Shown in pieces: positions 1-15,571 of a DNA stretch of 48,065 nucleotides. Source of the stretch: Planctomycetota bacterium (GTDB lineage Bacteria; Planctomycetota; PLA2; JAEUHO01); contig JBFWRP010000024.1 of assembly GCA_050248855.1 (NCBI GenBank), positions 21,794 to 69,858 of the forward strand, in the 5' to 3' direction. Position 1 is the first letter of the stretch. Every line of letters starts with the position of its first letter. A model generated the notes under the pieces. That model ran no database searches, was not told the origin of the DNA, and was given only the letters and a program-made list of their open reading frames with translations. Made by a program: the position numbers and the translations under genes.

Positions 1-3
1 CGC

Positions 4-78
4 AGCGGCCCGAGGTTGGAATCTCACCCGTCTCCGTACGGTACCGCGGCCCGCAGCTCGAATCCCACCCGACTCCGC
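4..78 (+). repeat. REP-like repeat family B (about 36-bp unit GCGGCCCGAAGGTGGAATCTCACCCGACTCCGTACG), two direct copies, the second degenerate
   Basis: agcggcccgaggttggaatctcacccgtctccgtacgg (4-41) and cgcggcccgcagctcgaatcccacccgactccg (45-77) match copies at 18671-18766 and 25556-25654. Confidence 0.75.
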
Positions 79-84
79 AGCGTG

Positions 85-1194
85 CTACCTGCGGCCGACG
101 AGGCCGCCGACGATGAGGGAGGCGGCGGCGTCCAGGCGGCGGGCGAGGCGCTCGTAGGTGGCCAGGCTCCGGCCCACGGGGTCGGCCACGTCCTGGCCTT
201 CGGGATCGAGCAGGAGCACGTCGCGCTCGCGATGCGGGAAGAACGCCAGGATCTGGTCGCGGTGGTCGCGCTCCATGCAGATGATGCGCGTGGCGGCCTG
301 GACCATGGGTGTGTCGAGCTTGCGCGAGCGGTGCGCTTCGAGATCGAGCGGCGGCTTGAAGAGCTGTCGCGCCACCTCGATCGCGTCGCGGCTGGCCCGG
401 CGCCCCGGTTCCGCGGCCAAGCCCGCGCTCTCGATGACGAAGCCGGCTTCGGCGAGATCGGCCTCGGCGACGCCCAGTCGCTCGGCCAGACGGCGCTTGA
501 GGATGGCCACCGCCAGCGGGCTGCGATCGGTGTTGCCCGTGCAGACGAACACGATGTGCGCCTCACCCGGGTGTTCGATGCGCCACTCGGGGATCGCGCC
601 CTCCCGCAGGACCGTGACCTTGTCGCCCTCGACGCGGACGACGGTGCTCGAGACGCCGCCCCGCGAAGGGCCGCCGTCGATGACGAGCTCGAGCTCGCCC
701 GGGAAGATGCGCAGCACCTCCTCGGCCGTGGTCGCGGGAGGCTCCCCGGCCCGGTTGGCGCTGGGCACGAGCAGCGGCACGCCGGCCGCCTCGACCAGCC
801 CGCGGGCGAGCGGGTGCGAGGGCAGACGGAAGCCGATCGTCCCCGCGACGGACTGCGGTGTGTCGGCCGTGTGGGGAGCGGCGTCCAGGACCAGCGTCAG
901 GGGCCCCGGCCAGAAGCGCTGCATGAGCTCGGCCGCGCGCGGGGGGATCGACGCGACGCGGCTGCGCACGGCTTCCACGTTGGCCACCATGACGGTCATC
1001 GCCTGGGCGCGCGAGCGACCCTTGAGCGCGTAGAGGCGCTTGACGGCCTCGGGGTGCTCGGCCGACGCCGCGAGGCCGTAGACGGTTTCCGTGGGGAAGG
1101 CCACGATCCCGCCTTCACGCAGGATGCGCCCGGCGGCAGCCAGCTCGTCGTCGGCGGCGTGGCGGTCCAGGACGCGGAGAACCGGCGTGTTCAC
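85..1194 (-). CDS. tsaC: L-threonylcarbamoyladenylate synthase (Sua5/TsaC) fused to a low-molecular-weight protein Tyr/Arg phosphatase domain
   Basis: Sua5 motifs GGIVAFPTETVYGLAA, FWPGPLTLVL, PSAN, SSTVV, LREGAI, followed by LMW-PTP P-loop VFVCTGNTDRSPLA and DVADPVG loop; GTG start at 1194 lies 6 nt after TACAGT. Confidence 0.9.
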   Translation of the reverse strand: MNTPVLRVLDRHAADDELAAAGRILREGGIVAFPTETVYGLAASAEHPEAVKRLYALKGRSRAQAMTVMVANVEAVRSRVASIPPRAAELMQRFWPGPLTLVLDAAPHTADTPQSVAGTIGFRLPSHPLARGLVEAAGVPLLVPSANRAGEPPATTAEEVLRIFPGELELVIDGGPSRGGVSSTVVRVEGDKVTVLREGAIPEWRIEHPGEAHIVFVCTGNTDRSPLAVAILKRRLAERLGVAEADLAEAGFVIESAGLAAEPGRRASRDAIEVARQLFKPPLDLEAHRSRKLDTPMVQAATRIICMERDHRDQILAFFPHRERDVLLLDPEGQDVADPVGRSLATYERLARRLDAAASLIVGGLVGRR

Positions 1195-1338
1195 GGGCGG
1201 ACTGTACCGGCCGCCCGTGGCCCGCCGAAGCAACGCACGGGCCTGCTCGTGGCGTGCCGCGGGTGCGGCAGGACGTCGCCGCAACCGGGCCGGCCCGGTG
1301 GGCCCGGCGGCACCGCGCGGCGGGTAGATTGAGGCGGC

Positions 1339-2109
1339 GTGTCCGATGTCCGCCGCCCCCCGCCCACGACCAAGGGCCTCGAGTACCTGGGCGCTGTTGC
1401 CGGCGGGCTCGTGCACGAAATCCGCAACCCGCTGTCCACGATGAACATCACGCTGCAGCTGCTGCAGGAGGACTTCGCCGACGCGGCGGAGGACGACGAG
1501 CGCGCCCAACGCGTCCGGCGCCGCGTGACGGCGCTGCGGCGTGAAGTGACACGCCTGGAGGAGATCCTCGACGACTTCCAACGCTACGCGGGCATGCGTC
1601 GCCTCGATCTGGCCCAGATCGACGTCAATCGCGTGCTGGAGGAGGTCACGGCCTTCGTCCGCCCGGAGTGCGCGCGCGTGGGCGTGCGCCTCATGTTCTG
1701 GCCGGATCGCAGCCTCCCGCTGGTGCGTCTTGACGAGCGGCTGCTCAAGCAGGCCGTGCTGAACCTCCTGCTCAACGCCATCCAGGCGATGGAGGAGATG
1801 GTGGGGGGGGACGAGCCGCCCGACCGCACGTTGGAGCTCATCGTCCGCACGCGGACGGAGGGCGAGACGGTACGGATCGACGTCATCGACACGGGGCCCG
1901 GCATCCCCGCCGAGGTCGGCGAGAAGGTGTTCGAGATCTGGTACAGCCGCAAGCGCAAGGGCACCGGCTTGGGCCTGCCCACGGCCCGCCGGATCGCCGA
2001 GGAGCACGGCGGGACGCTCCAGTTCGTGTCCGAGCCGGGCAAGGGCTCCGACTTCGTGCTCCGCATGCCGCTGGCCGGCCCTCCGGACCAGGAGCCTTCG
2101 CAGAAGTGA
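1339..2109 (+). CDS. Histidine kinase (HisKA + HATPase), no sensor or TM domain
   Basis: H-box LVHEIRNPLSTM, N-box LNLLLNAIQAM, G1 DTGPGI, G2 GTGLGL. Confidence 0.92.
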   Translation: MSDVRRPPPTTKGLEYLGAVAGGLVHEIRNPLSTMNITLQLLQEDFADAAEDDERAQRVRRRVTALRREVTRLEEILDDFQRYAGMRRLDLAQIDVNRVLEEVTAFVRPECARVGVRLMFWPDRSLPLVRLDERLLKQAVLNLLLNAIQAMEEMVGGDEPPDRTLELIVRTRTEGETVRIDVIDTGPGIPAEVGEKVFEIWYSRKRKGTGLGLPTARRIAEEHGGTLQFVSEPGKGSDFVLRMPLAGPPDQEPSQK

Positions 2110-2233
2110 GACGGGCAGGCCGACGCCCCGGCCCCGGAGTCCTGCCGAGGCCGTGACGGCCTGACCCTGGATCCACGGTCCCACCCCGCTCGGGACTTGC
2201 CGTTTCGTCTCGACTCCTGCCAGAGTGTCAGGT

Positions 2234-3637
<1,404 letters not shown>

Positions 3638-3781
3638 GGAATCGCCCCGTGCCGATCCGGCACGCTGCCCGAGGGCGGGCGATGCGCCGGGGATCCTCCA
3701 AGGGCCGGAAATCAGGGCCCGCGAGCCTGCCCGGGCGCGCCGGGAGCCGATTCTCGCAGCCGGGGCGGGCGCGGCCGCGTT

Positions 3782-3796
3782 CGGCACGCGCATCGC
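3782..3796 (+). promoter_or_regulatory. Candidate sigma54 -24/-12 promoter for dnaK
   Basis: CGGCACGcgcaTCGC has GG-N10-GC spacing and resembles TGGCACG-N4-TTGC; about 110 nt upstream of dnaK, next to a bEBP gene. Confidence 0.45.
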
Positions 3797-3908
3797 GTCG
3801 GGAGCCGCGGAGGCCCGGGTTCCTGGTCGCGCGAGCGGCCGTCCGCGGCGCCTCCGCGACCCTGCGTTTCCGCCCCGAGAGACCCACGTTTCCCCCCGAG
3901 AGACCCAC

Positions 3909-5810
3909 ATGGCACAAAAGATCATCGGCATCGACCTGGGCACCACGAACAGCGTGGTGGCCGTGATGGAAGGCGGCGAGCCCCGCGTCATCGTGAACGC
4001 GGACGGCCATCGCGTGACCCCCAGCGTCGTCGCGTTCACCGAGGGGGGCGAGCGCCTGGTGGGCCAAGCGGCGCGCCGCCAGGCCGTCACCAACCCCGAG
4101 AACACGATCTACAGCATCAAGCGGTTCATGGGCCGCCGCCATGCCGAGGTGGAGGCCGAGGAGAAGCTCGTCCCCTACAAGATCGTCGGCGGGAAGGACG
4201 AGCTCGTGAAGGTCGATGTGCGCGGCAAGTCGTACACGCCGCCCGAGATCAGCGCGATCATCCTGCAGCACCTCAAGAAGGCTGCCGAGGACCACCTGGG
4301 CGCCACGGTGACGGACGCCGTCATCACGGTGCCGGCCTACTTCAACGACAGCCAGCGCCAGGCCACGAAGGACGCGGGCGTGATCGCCGGCCTCAACGTG
4401 CGCCGCATCATCAACGAGCCCACGGCCGCCGCGCTGTCCTTCGGCCTCGAGAAGAAGGGCACTGGCAAGATCGCGGTGTTCGACCTGGGTGGCGGCACGT
4501 TCGACATCTCGATCCTCGAGCTGTCCGACGGCGTCTTCGAGGTGCTCGCCACCAACGGCGACACGCACCTGGGCGGTGACGACTTCGACCAGGTCCTCTT
4601 GGACCACGTTGCCACCGAGTTCCGCAAGGACCACGGCATCGACCTGCGCCAGGACACGATGGCCCTGCACCGCCTCCGCGAGGCGTGCGAGCGCGCCAAG
4701 ATCGACCTGTCGAGCTCGATGCAGACCGAGATCAACCTGCCGTTCATCACGGCGGACGCTTCGGGGCCCAAGCACATCACGACCAAGATCACCCGTGCCA
4801 AGTTCGAGCAGCTCGTCGAGCCGCTGGTGTCGCGTCTGCGCGGTCCCTGCAAGGCGGCCCTGAAGGACGCGGGCCTGGAGCCGAGCGCCCTGAAGGAGGT
4901 GCTGCTGGTCGGTGGGTCCACGCGCATCCCGGCGGTCCAGGCCATCGTCAAGGACCTGTTCGGCCGCGAGGGCAACAAGTCGATCAACCCCGACGAGAGC
5001 GTGGCGCTCGGCGCCGCGATCCAGGGCGGCATCCTCTCGGGCGACGAGACGCTGCAGGACCTGCTCCTGCTCGACGTGACGCCGCTCAGCCTCGGCGTCG
5101 AGGTCCAGGGCGGGATGATGCACACGCTCATCGAGCGCAACACCACGATCCCGACCAAGAAGGCCGAGGTCTTCTCCACGGCGTCGGACAACCAGCCGCA
5201 GGTGGAGGTCCACGTGCTGCAGGGCGAGCGCACGCGCGCGGGCGACAACCGCACGTTGGGCCGCTTCATCCTGGATGGCATCCCGCCGGCCCCGCGCGGC
5301 ATGCCCCAGATCGAGGTGACGTTCGACATCGATGCCAACGGCATCCTCAACGTGTCCGCCAAGGACAAGGGCACGGGCAAGGAGCAGCGTGTGCGCATCG
5401 AGTCCAGCTCGGGCCTGAACAAGGACGAGATCGAGCGCATGAAGAGGGAAGCCGAGGCCCACGCCGAGGAAGACAAGAAGGTGAAGGCCCTTGTCGAGGC
5501 GCGGAACAAGGCCGACCACACGGTCTACGAGATCGAGAAGCTCATCAAGGAGCACGGCGACAAGGTCGACAACGCCGTCCTCGGCCAGATCGAGTCCAAG
5601 AAGCAGGCCCTGGTCGATGCCAAGGCGGGCGATGACGCCGGGCGCATCGAACGCGCCATCGAGGACCTGATGGCCACGAGCCAGTCCATCGCGCAGAAGG
5701 TGTACGCCCAGGAAGGCGCCGCCGCCGGCACGCCCGCCGGCGCGGGTGCCAAGGCCACGCGGAGCGATGCGGACGACAACGTCATCGACGCCGACTTCGA
5801 AGTGAAGTAG
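3909..5810 (+). CDS. dnaK: Molecular chaperone DnaK (Hsp70)
   Basis: [52 protein letters not shown]-terminal IDADFEVK. Confidence 0.99.
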   Translation: MAQKIIGIDLGTTNSVVAVMEGGEPRVIVNADGHRVTPSVVAFTEGGERLVGQAARRQAVTNPENTIYSIKRFMGRRHAEVEAEEKLVPYKIVGGKDELVKVDVRGKSYTPPEISAIILQHLKKAAEDHLGATVTDAVITVPAYFNDSQRQATKDAGVIAGLNVRRIINEPTAAALSFGLEKKGTGKIAVFDLGGGTFDISILELSDGVFEVLATNGDTHLGGDDFDQVLLDHVATEFRKDHGIDLRQDTMALHRLREACERAKIDLSSSMQTEINLPFITADASGPKHITTKITRAKFEQLVEPLVSRLRGPCKAALKDAGLEPSALKEVLLVGGSTRIPAVQAIVKDLFGREGNKSINPDESVALGAAIQGGILSGDETLQDLLLLDVTPLSLGVEVQGGMMHTLIERNTTIPTKKAEVFSTASDNQPQVEVHVLQGERTRAGDNRTLGRFILDGIPPAPRGMPQIEVTFDIDANGILNVSAKDKGTGKEQRVRIESSSGLNKDEIERMKREAEAHAEEDKKVKALVEARNKADHTVYEIEKLIKEHGDKVDNAVLGQIESKKQALVDAKAGDDAGRIERAIEDLMATSQSIAQKVYAQEGAAAGTPAGAGAKATRSDADDNVIDADFEVK

Positions 5811-6221
5811 CGACCCCGGATGTGTCAGGACCCTTGCCGCGAAGCGGCGCAGCCGCGACGTGGGCCAGGTGCCTGACACGTAGGGGTCGTGGTCGCCGGC
5901 GGGCGGATGTCGAGCGACCCCGGATGTGTCAGGACCCTTGCCGCGAAGCGGCGCAGCCGCGACGTGGGCAAGGTGCCTGACACGCAGGGGTCGTGGTCGC
6001 CGGCCGGCGAACGTCGCACTTCGGTGTCTGACATCGTGCCCCCGTCGCTTCGCTCCGAGGCACAGGTTCAGACACCTCCGCGCGCCGCGCAGCCGCGACG
6101 TGGGCAAGGTGCCTGACACGCAGGGGTCGTGGTCGCCGGCCGGCGAACGTCGCACTTCGGTGTCTGACACCGTGCCCCCGTCGCTTCGCTTCGAGGCACA
6201 GGTTCAGACACCTCCGCGCGC
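5809..6221. repeat. REP-like repeat family A cluster (rearranged partial units of the 191-bp double-hairpin element)
   Basis: Modules GTGTCAGGACCCTTGCC...GGCAAGGTGCCTGACAC and GGTGTCTGACAC..GTGCC...GGCAC.GGTTCAGACACC, as in 12102-13121; lies between convergent dnaK and EVE genes. Confidence 0.9.
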
Positions 6222-6226
6222 TGCGC

Positions 6227-6715
6227 CTACCCGCGTGCGAGCTCCAGCACGATCGTGGCTTCGGCGGGGCGTACGGGCTGGATGGACAGCCGGGAGCCGC
6301 GCTGGGTGACCATCATCTGCTCGAGGCCCTTCGTGGCCTTGAGGGTGGCCAAGGTCACGACGGGCTCGAAGCGCTCGAGGAAGCGGATGTCCACCGTGAG
6401 CCACGTGGGCGCGTCGGGCTTGGACTTCGGGTCCTCGTACTTGTGGCCAGCCTCGAACTGGAACGGGTCCGGGTAGGCCTCCCGCACGACTTCGGCGAGC
6501 CCCGCAACGCCGATCGGCTCCGTGCGCGAGTGGTAGAACAGCACGCGGTCGCCGACCTTGACCTCGTCGCGCAGCAGGTTGCGCGCTTGGTAGTTGCGCA
6601 CGCCTTCCCACGTGGTCGTCTGCTGCGGCGCCCGCTCCAGGTCCTCGATGGAGAACACGTCGGGCTCGCTCTTGAAGAGCCACGTGCGCGGTCCGGTCTT
6701 CTTCTTCGCTGCCAT
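6227..6715 (-). CDS. EVE domain protein
   Basis: WLFKSEPDVFSIEDL, TTWEGVRNYQARNLLRD, GDRVLFYHS, RLSIQPV. Confidence 0.95.
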   Translation of the reverse strand: MAAKKKTGPRTWLFKSEPDVFSIEDLERAPQQTTTWEGVRNYQARNLLRDEVKVGDRVLFYHSRTEPIGVAGLAEVVREAYPDPFQFEAGHKYEDPKSKPDAPTWLTVDIRFLERFEPVVTLATLKATKGLEQMMVTQRGSRLSIQPVRPAEATIVLELARG

Positions 6716-6779
6716 CGTGCACGTCGTACGCGAAGCGTCCGACAGCCGCGTTGCTCCAGGGCGCCGGCGAGCTGCCGCG

Positions 6780-7256
6780 TCAGGGGGGTGACACGTCGAG
6801 CCCCGTGACCCGCAGAGGGCACTCGTCCAGCCCGCCCGCCAGGAGGTCGTCCTCGTCGTCGTCCGACCCGCCCAGGAAGTCCAGGTCCAGCTCGTAGTCG
6901 TCCGGCGTGTCCTCGACCTCGACCCCATGCTCGCTCGTCACGCCGCCGTCCCACGATACGACCACCCGATACGCGTCCGCCGCCAGCCGGAAGCTCACGC
7001 CCTCGCCGGGGAACAGCACCTCGTCGCTGCCCGCGACGGGGAGCACCTCGTCGTCGAACACGCCGACCGACACGACCAGGGGCCCTCCGACCGGCGCCCG
7101 GTTGGTCACCCGGAGCGTGCCCTCGGACGATCCCTCGCACGACTTGGAGCAGCCCGCGAACACGACGGGCGCGTAGAGGACCCCGAGCAGCAGGCAGAGG
7201 CGGCGGATCCCTTCCACGCCGGCAACGATCCGCGGGCCCGGTCTCGGGTCGGTCAC
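6780..7256 (-). CDS. Hypothetical lipoprotein with acidic C-terminus
   Basis: Hydrophobic signal ending in lipobox-like FAGC; beta-rich small domain; start uncertain. Confidence 0.6.
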   Translation of the reverse strand: MTDPRPGPRIVAGVEGIRRLCLLLGVLYAPVVFAGCSKSCEGSSEGTLRVTNRAPVGGPLVVSVGVFDDEVLPVAGSDEVLFPGEGVSFRLAADAYRVVVSWDGGVTSEHGVEVEDTPDDYELDLDFLGGSDDDEDDLLAGGLDECPLRVTGLDVSPP

Positions 7257-7285
7257 GGCCGCGCCGGGCCGACTACAGTCAGGGG

Positions 7286-8713
7286 ATGCCGATGCGCGCG
7301 TGCTTGCTGCTGGTCGTCACTGCCGTCGTGGCGCTCGCCCTCCTGGCCCTGCCCGCGGGCGCCAAGGAAAGGGTGTCGCCCGACGTGGTCCCCGTCGGCC
7401 GCGGGCTGCCGGGGGCGGTCACGGACGTCGAGGTCTTCCAACGGCGGATCGACGGGGCGTTGGTCGTGCGCATCCCCGGCGGCCCGTACGCGCAGCGGCC
7501 CTACGAACCCGATGGCCAGACGCAGGAACCACGCGAGGTCGAGGTGCCGACGTTCCTCATCGACCTGCACGAAGTGACCAACGCCCAGGTGCTGCGTTGG
7601 CTCCAGCAGAGGTTCTCGACTGCGCTGCCCGGAGAGGGCCCGGCCTTGTTCCACCTCGGCGAACGCAGCCCCTTCACGCGGGAGGTCGTCGCGGGCGCAC
7701 CGCAGAGGCACTTCGCCTGGCAGCTCGCGCCCGGCACCGAGCAGCTTCCCTGCACCGCGCTGACCGGACACGGTGCGCTCGCCTACGCGGAGTGGGTGGG
7801 CGGTCGCCTGCCCACGAAGGCCGAGTGGGAGAAGGCTGCGGGGGGGCCCGAGGGTCGCATCTGGCCCTGGGGCGACACGCCGCCCGATGCCACGCGCGCC
7901 CGCTTCGGTCGCCCCGCCGTCATCGGCCCCGTGCGCGTCGGCTCGTACGAAGCGGGCGCTTCGCCGTACGGGTTGCTCGACATGGCGGGCAACGTCACCG
8001 AGCGCGTCTCCGCCGGGCCCGGCGAGCCCCCGGTCATGATCAAGGGGGGCTCGTGGCTGTCGCCCCACCCCCTCAACCTGCGCGTGCTGGACATGTGCAT
8101 GCAGCCCCTGGGCGTGTCCGAGCGCAGCGTCGGCTTCCGCGTGGTCATGGACGACCAGCCGGTCGACGTACCCGAAGGCCCCGTGGTCGCTCCGGCGCCG
8201 GTACTTCATCTCGAATCGGACTGGATGGACGCCGTCGACCGCGCCGAGCGTGAGCGCAAGCCGCTGTTCGTGTCGCTGCACTACGACACGTGCGGCCAGT
8301 GCGATCGCACGCGGGCCCAGCTGTTCCGCGACCGGCGCTTCGTCGCCTTCGCCAACGAACACCTCGTCGTGGTGGTCGGCATGCACCCCGGGGACGCCGT
8401 CCGCGACCCGCACCCCGAGGGCGAGGGCGGAGCCTGCCCCGTCTTGCCGGGGCTCGAGTGCTGGCAGCATGTGACGTTGTTCCGGCAGGGGCTGGCCGCG
8501 GTCCAGTCGTTCCGCGTCAGCCCCGGCCAGTTCCTGCTCCATCCCGACAAGATCCGGCCCGGCGCGGGCGCCGAGTGCGTGCTCGTCGGCGAGGACGAGC
8601 TGGCGAAGTGGGGCAACGACGTGGACGGGACCTTGGCCGCGTGCCGTCGTGCCCAAGCCGCGCTCGCGGCCTGGGACGCCGAGCATCCGCGGCCGCCCGA
8701 CGACGACGAGTAG
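7286..8713 (+). CDS. Secreted FGE-sulfatase (SUMF1-like) domain protein with C-terminal thioredoxin-like domain
   Basis: Signal peptide; HEVTNAQ, RLPTKAEWEKAAGG, WPWG, GLLDMAGNVTE, GFRVV; then KPLFVSLHYDTCGQC. Confidence 0.85.
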   Translation: MPMRACLLLVVTAVVALALLALPAGAKERVSPDVVPVGRGLPGAVTDVEVFQRRIDGALVVRIPGGPYAQRPYEPDGQTQEPREVEVPTFLIDLHEVTNAQVLRWLQQRFSTALPGEGPALFHLGERSPFTREVVAGAPQRHFAWQLAPGTEQLPCTALTGHGALAYAEWVGGRLPTKAEWEKAAGGPEGRIWPWGDTPPDATRARFGRPAVIGPVRVGSYEAGASPYGLLDMAGNVTERVSAGPGEPPVMIKGGSWLSPHPLNLRVLDMCMQPLGVSERSVGFRVVMDDQPVDVPEGPVVAPAPVLHLESDWMDAVDRAERERKPLFVSLHYDTCGQCDRTRAQLFRDRRFVAFANEHLVVVVGMHPGDAVRDPHPEGEGGACPVLPGLECWQHVTLFRQGLAAVQSFRVSPGQFLLHPDKIRPGAGAECVLVGEDELAKWGNDVDGTLAACRRAQAALAAWDAEHPRPPDDDE

Positions 8714-8757
8714 GTGCCGTCTTCGTGACCTGGAGCGAGCGAGTAGGCTGGTCCACC

Positions 8758-13121
<4,364 letters not shown>

Positions 13122-13126
13122 GGAAC

Positions 13127-13618
13127 CTACGTGCGCGGTTCGCGCAAGCGCTGCAGGAGGTCGAGGAGGAGCTTCTGCTCCTTGGCGGAGAGCGGGGCCA
13201 GCTGGCCGTCGTGGAGCTCGCGGAGCGGGACGTCGAGGCCGGCGAGACGCTCCAGGCCCTCCGGCGTGATGCGCACCGTTACGACGCGGCGGTCGGCCTG
13301 CGAGCGCTCGCGGTGCACGAGGCCACGGTCCTCCAATCGCCCGATCAGGCGCGTGACGTCCGGGACGCGCGCGACCATGCGTTCGCCGACACCCAGGCAC
13401 GGCAGCCCCGTCTCGCCGGCGCCGCGCAGGATGCGCAAGACGTTGTACTGCGGAAGCGAGAGGTCCTGCGTGCGCAACAGGGCCGCCGTCTCGTCCTGCA
13501 GGAGATGCGCCGTGCGTACGAGGCTCAGGTACGCCTCGGTCCCGACCGAGGGGAAGGGACGCGAGAGCTTGAGCTCCTCGCTCAGCGTGCGGGCCGGGCG
13601 ACGTCGGCGAGCCGCCAC
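13127..13618 (-). CDS. MarR-family transcriptional regulator
   Basis: LSLPQYNVLRILRG, PDVTRLIGRLEDRGLVHRERSQADRRVVTVRITPEG; GTG start 2 nt after the parC stop. Confidence 0.92.
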   Translation of the reverse strand: MAARRRRPARTLSEELKLSRPFPSVGTEAYLSLVRTAHLLQDETAALLRTQDLSLPQYNVLRILRGAGETGLPCLGVGERMVARVPDVTRLIGRLEDRGLVHRERSQADRRVVTVRITPEGLERLAGLDVPLRELHDGQLAPLSAKEQKLLLDLLQRLREPRT

Positions 13619-13620
13619 CG

Positions 13621-15537
13621 TCAGCTGCCCTTCCCCGACAGACGCTTGACGCGGGCCACGGGCTTGGGCGCGAGACGTCGGCCCTTGGCGCCGGGCGAGG
13701 TCGGCTCGAGCTCGTCCAGGTTGAACGTGGCCTCCGACACGCGCTGGCGAGCCTTGTGCGCGAAGCGCAGGTGCACCTCGCCGGGCTTCTGCTCGTCGAG
13801 GAACAGGTCCAGCGTCCCGCCCTCGTCCTTGACGAGGCGGTACTCGCGGCCGCGCACGAACCCCTTGATCAGGATGCGCTTGCCGAAGCACATCTTGTCC
13901 TTGTCGCGGTAGACGACCACGGCGTGCTGGCCCGCCTCCGGGTCGAACGGCGCGCACCAGACCAGCTTGCCGGGCACCAGGACCTTCTCCTCCGGGCCCA
14001 CGATGCGGTACGTGCCGTCGCTGCTGACGAGCAGCACCTTGTCGTACTCGCTCATGGTGTGGTGGTGCTCGGCGCCCTTGACGCCGCTGCCCCAGAAGCC
14101 GCTCTCCGCGTCGTACGACACGCGGATGTGGGCGCGGGCGACCTCCTTCAGGTCCACGGTGTCGAAGCGGGCCACCTGGGTCCGGCGAGGCCACCGCGAG
14201 GCGTAGCGCTTGTGGAGGTCCTGCAGGTAGGCGATGGTCGTCTTGACGAGGTTCTTGAGCTTCTTCTGGATGTCGGAGATCTCGGCGTCGATCTCGTCCA
14301 TCTGCTGCTTGTACTTCTCGATGTCGTAGGCGGAGATGCGCCGGATGCGGATCTCGAGCAAGCGCGTGACGTCGTCCTCGACCATCTCCCGCGCCCAGAG
14401 CTTCTTGTGGGCCCGCATGCCCTTCCAGACCGTCTCGCGGACCGCGGCATCGGTCTTGGCCTTCTCGAGGTCCCGCCAGACGCCGTGCTCGATGAAGATC
14501 CGCTCCAGCGTGAGCGTGTGGCGACGGTCCTCCAGCAGGCCCAGCTCGTGCTCGAGCTCCAGCTTGAGCCGCGCCTTCAGCGCGTCCGTCAGCCACGCCA
14601 GGATCTCGTCGGTCCCCAGGTCGGCCGGGTGGCGGTCGCGGATCACCGTCACGGCGCTCGTCAGGCTGACCTCGCAGTCGGTGTACGCGAACAGCTGCGG
14701 GATCGTCTCGTCGGCGTGGACGCCGCGCGGCAGCGCGATGCGGATCTCCACCTGGTCGGTCGTGTAGTCCTGGATCGAGCCGACCTTGACCTTGTTCTTC
14801 TGGGTGGCGGACTCGATGGACGCGACGAGGCTCTCCGTGGTGGTCCCGTAGGGGATCTCCCGGATCACGATCTCCTTGTCGCCGTCCGCCTCGATCTTGG
14901 CGCGGATGCGCACCTTGCCCTTGCCGTTGTCGTACTCGCTGACGTCCACCAGTCCGCCCTGGGGGAAGTCGGGCAGCAGCGTGACGGGCTTCTTCTGCAG
15001 CAAGGCGATCTGGGCTTCGAGCAGCTCGCCGAAGTTGTGGGGGAGCACGCGCGTGGTCATGCCCACGGCGATGCCCTCGGCGCCGAGCAGGAGCACGACG
15101 GGCAGCTTGGCCGGCAGGGCCACCGGTTCCATCTTGCGGCCGTCGTAGCTGGGGACGGTCTCGGTCAGGTCCGGATGGAACAGCGTCTCCAGCGCGAGCG
15201 GCGTGAGGCGGCACTCGATGTAGCGCGGCGCGGCAGCGCCATGCCCGGTGATGATCGAGCCGTAGTTGCCCTGGCGCTCGATGAAGTAGTCCTTGTTGGC
15301 GAGCGTCACGAGCGCGTCGCCGATGGACGTCTCCCCGTGGGGGTGGAGCTTCATCGTGTCGCCGATGACGTTGGCCACCTTGTGGAAGCGGCCGTCGTGC
15401 ATGGCGCGCAGCGTGGCCAGGATGCGCCGCTGGACGGGCTTGAACCCGTCGCGCAGGTCCGGAATCGCCCGGTCGACGATGACGTAGGAGGCGTACTCCA
15501 GGAAGTTGCGCCGCATCAGCGGTTCGAGGTGCGCCAT
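13621..15537 (-). CDS. parC: DNA topoisomerase IV subunit A (short type)
   Basis: RAIPDLRDGFKPVQRRIL, HPHG, catalytic AAPRYIECRL, GIAVGMTT; lacks the full GyrA pinwheel/GyrA box. Confidence 0.9.
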   Translation of the reverse strand: MAHLEPLMRRNFLEYASYVIVDRAIPDLRDGFKPVQRRILATLRAMHDGRFHKVANVIGDTMKLHPHGETSIGDALVTLANKDYFIERQGNYGSIITGHGAAAPRYIECRLTPLALETLFHPDLTETVPSYDGRKMEPVALPAKLPVVLLLGAEGIAVGMTTRVLPHNFGELLEAQIALLQKKPVTLLPDFPQGGLVDVSEYDNGKGKVRIRAKIEADGDKEIVIREIPYGTTTESLVASIESATQKNKVKVGSIQDYTTDQVEIRIALPRGVHADETIPQLFAYTDCEVSLTSAVTVIRDRHPADLGTDEILAWLTDALKARLKLELEHELGLLEDRRHTLTLERIFIEHGVWRDLEKAKTDAAVRETVWKGMRAHKKLWAREMVEDDVTRLLEIRIRRISAYDIEKYKQQMDEIDAEISDIQKKLKNLVKTTIAYLQDLHKRYASRWPRRTQVARFDTVDLKEVARAHIRVSYDAESGFWGSGVKGAEHHHTMSEYDKVLLVSSDGTYRIVGPEEKVLVPGKLVWCAPFDPEAGQHAVVVYRDKDKMCFGKRILIKGFVRGREYRLVKDEGGTLDLFLDEQKPGEVHLRFAHKARQRVSEATFNLDELEPTSPGAKGRRLAPKPVARVKRLSGKGS

Positions 15538-15571
15538 GGGGTCGGTCGTGCGTCCTTCGTCGCGGCCCGGG

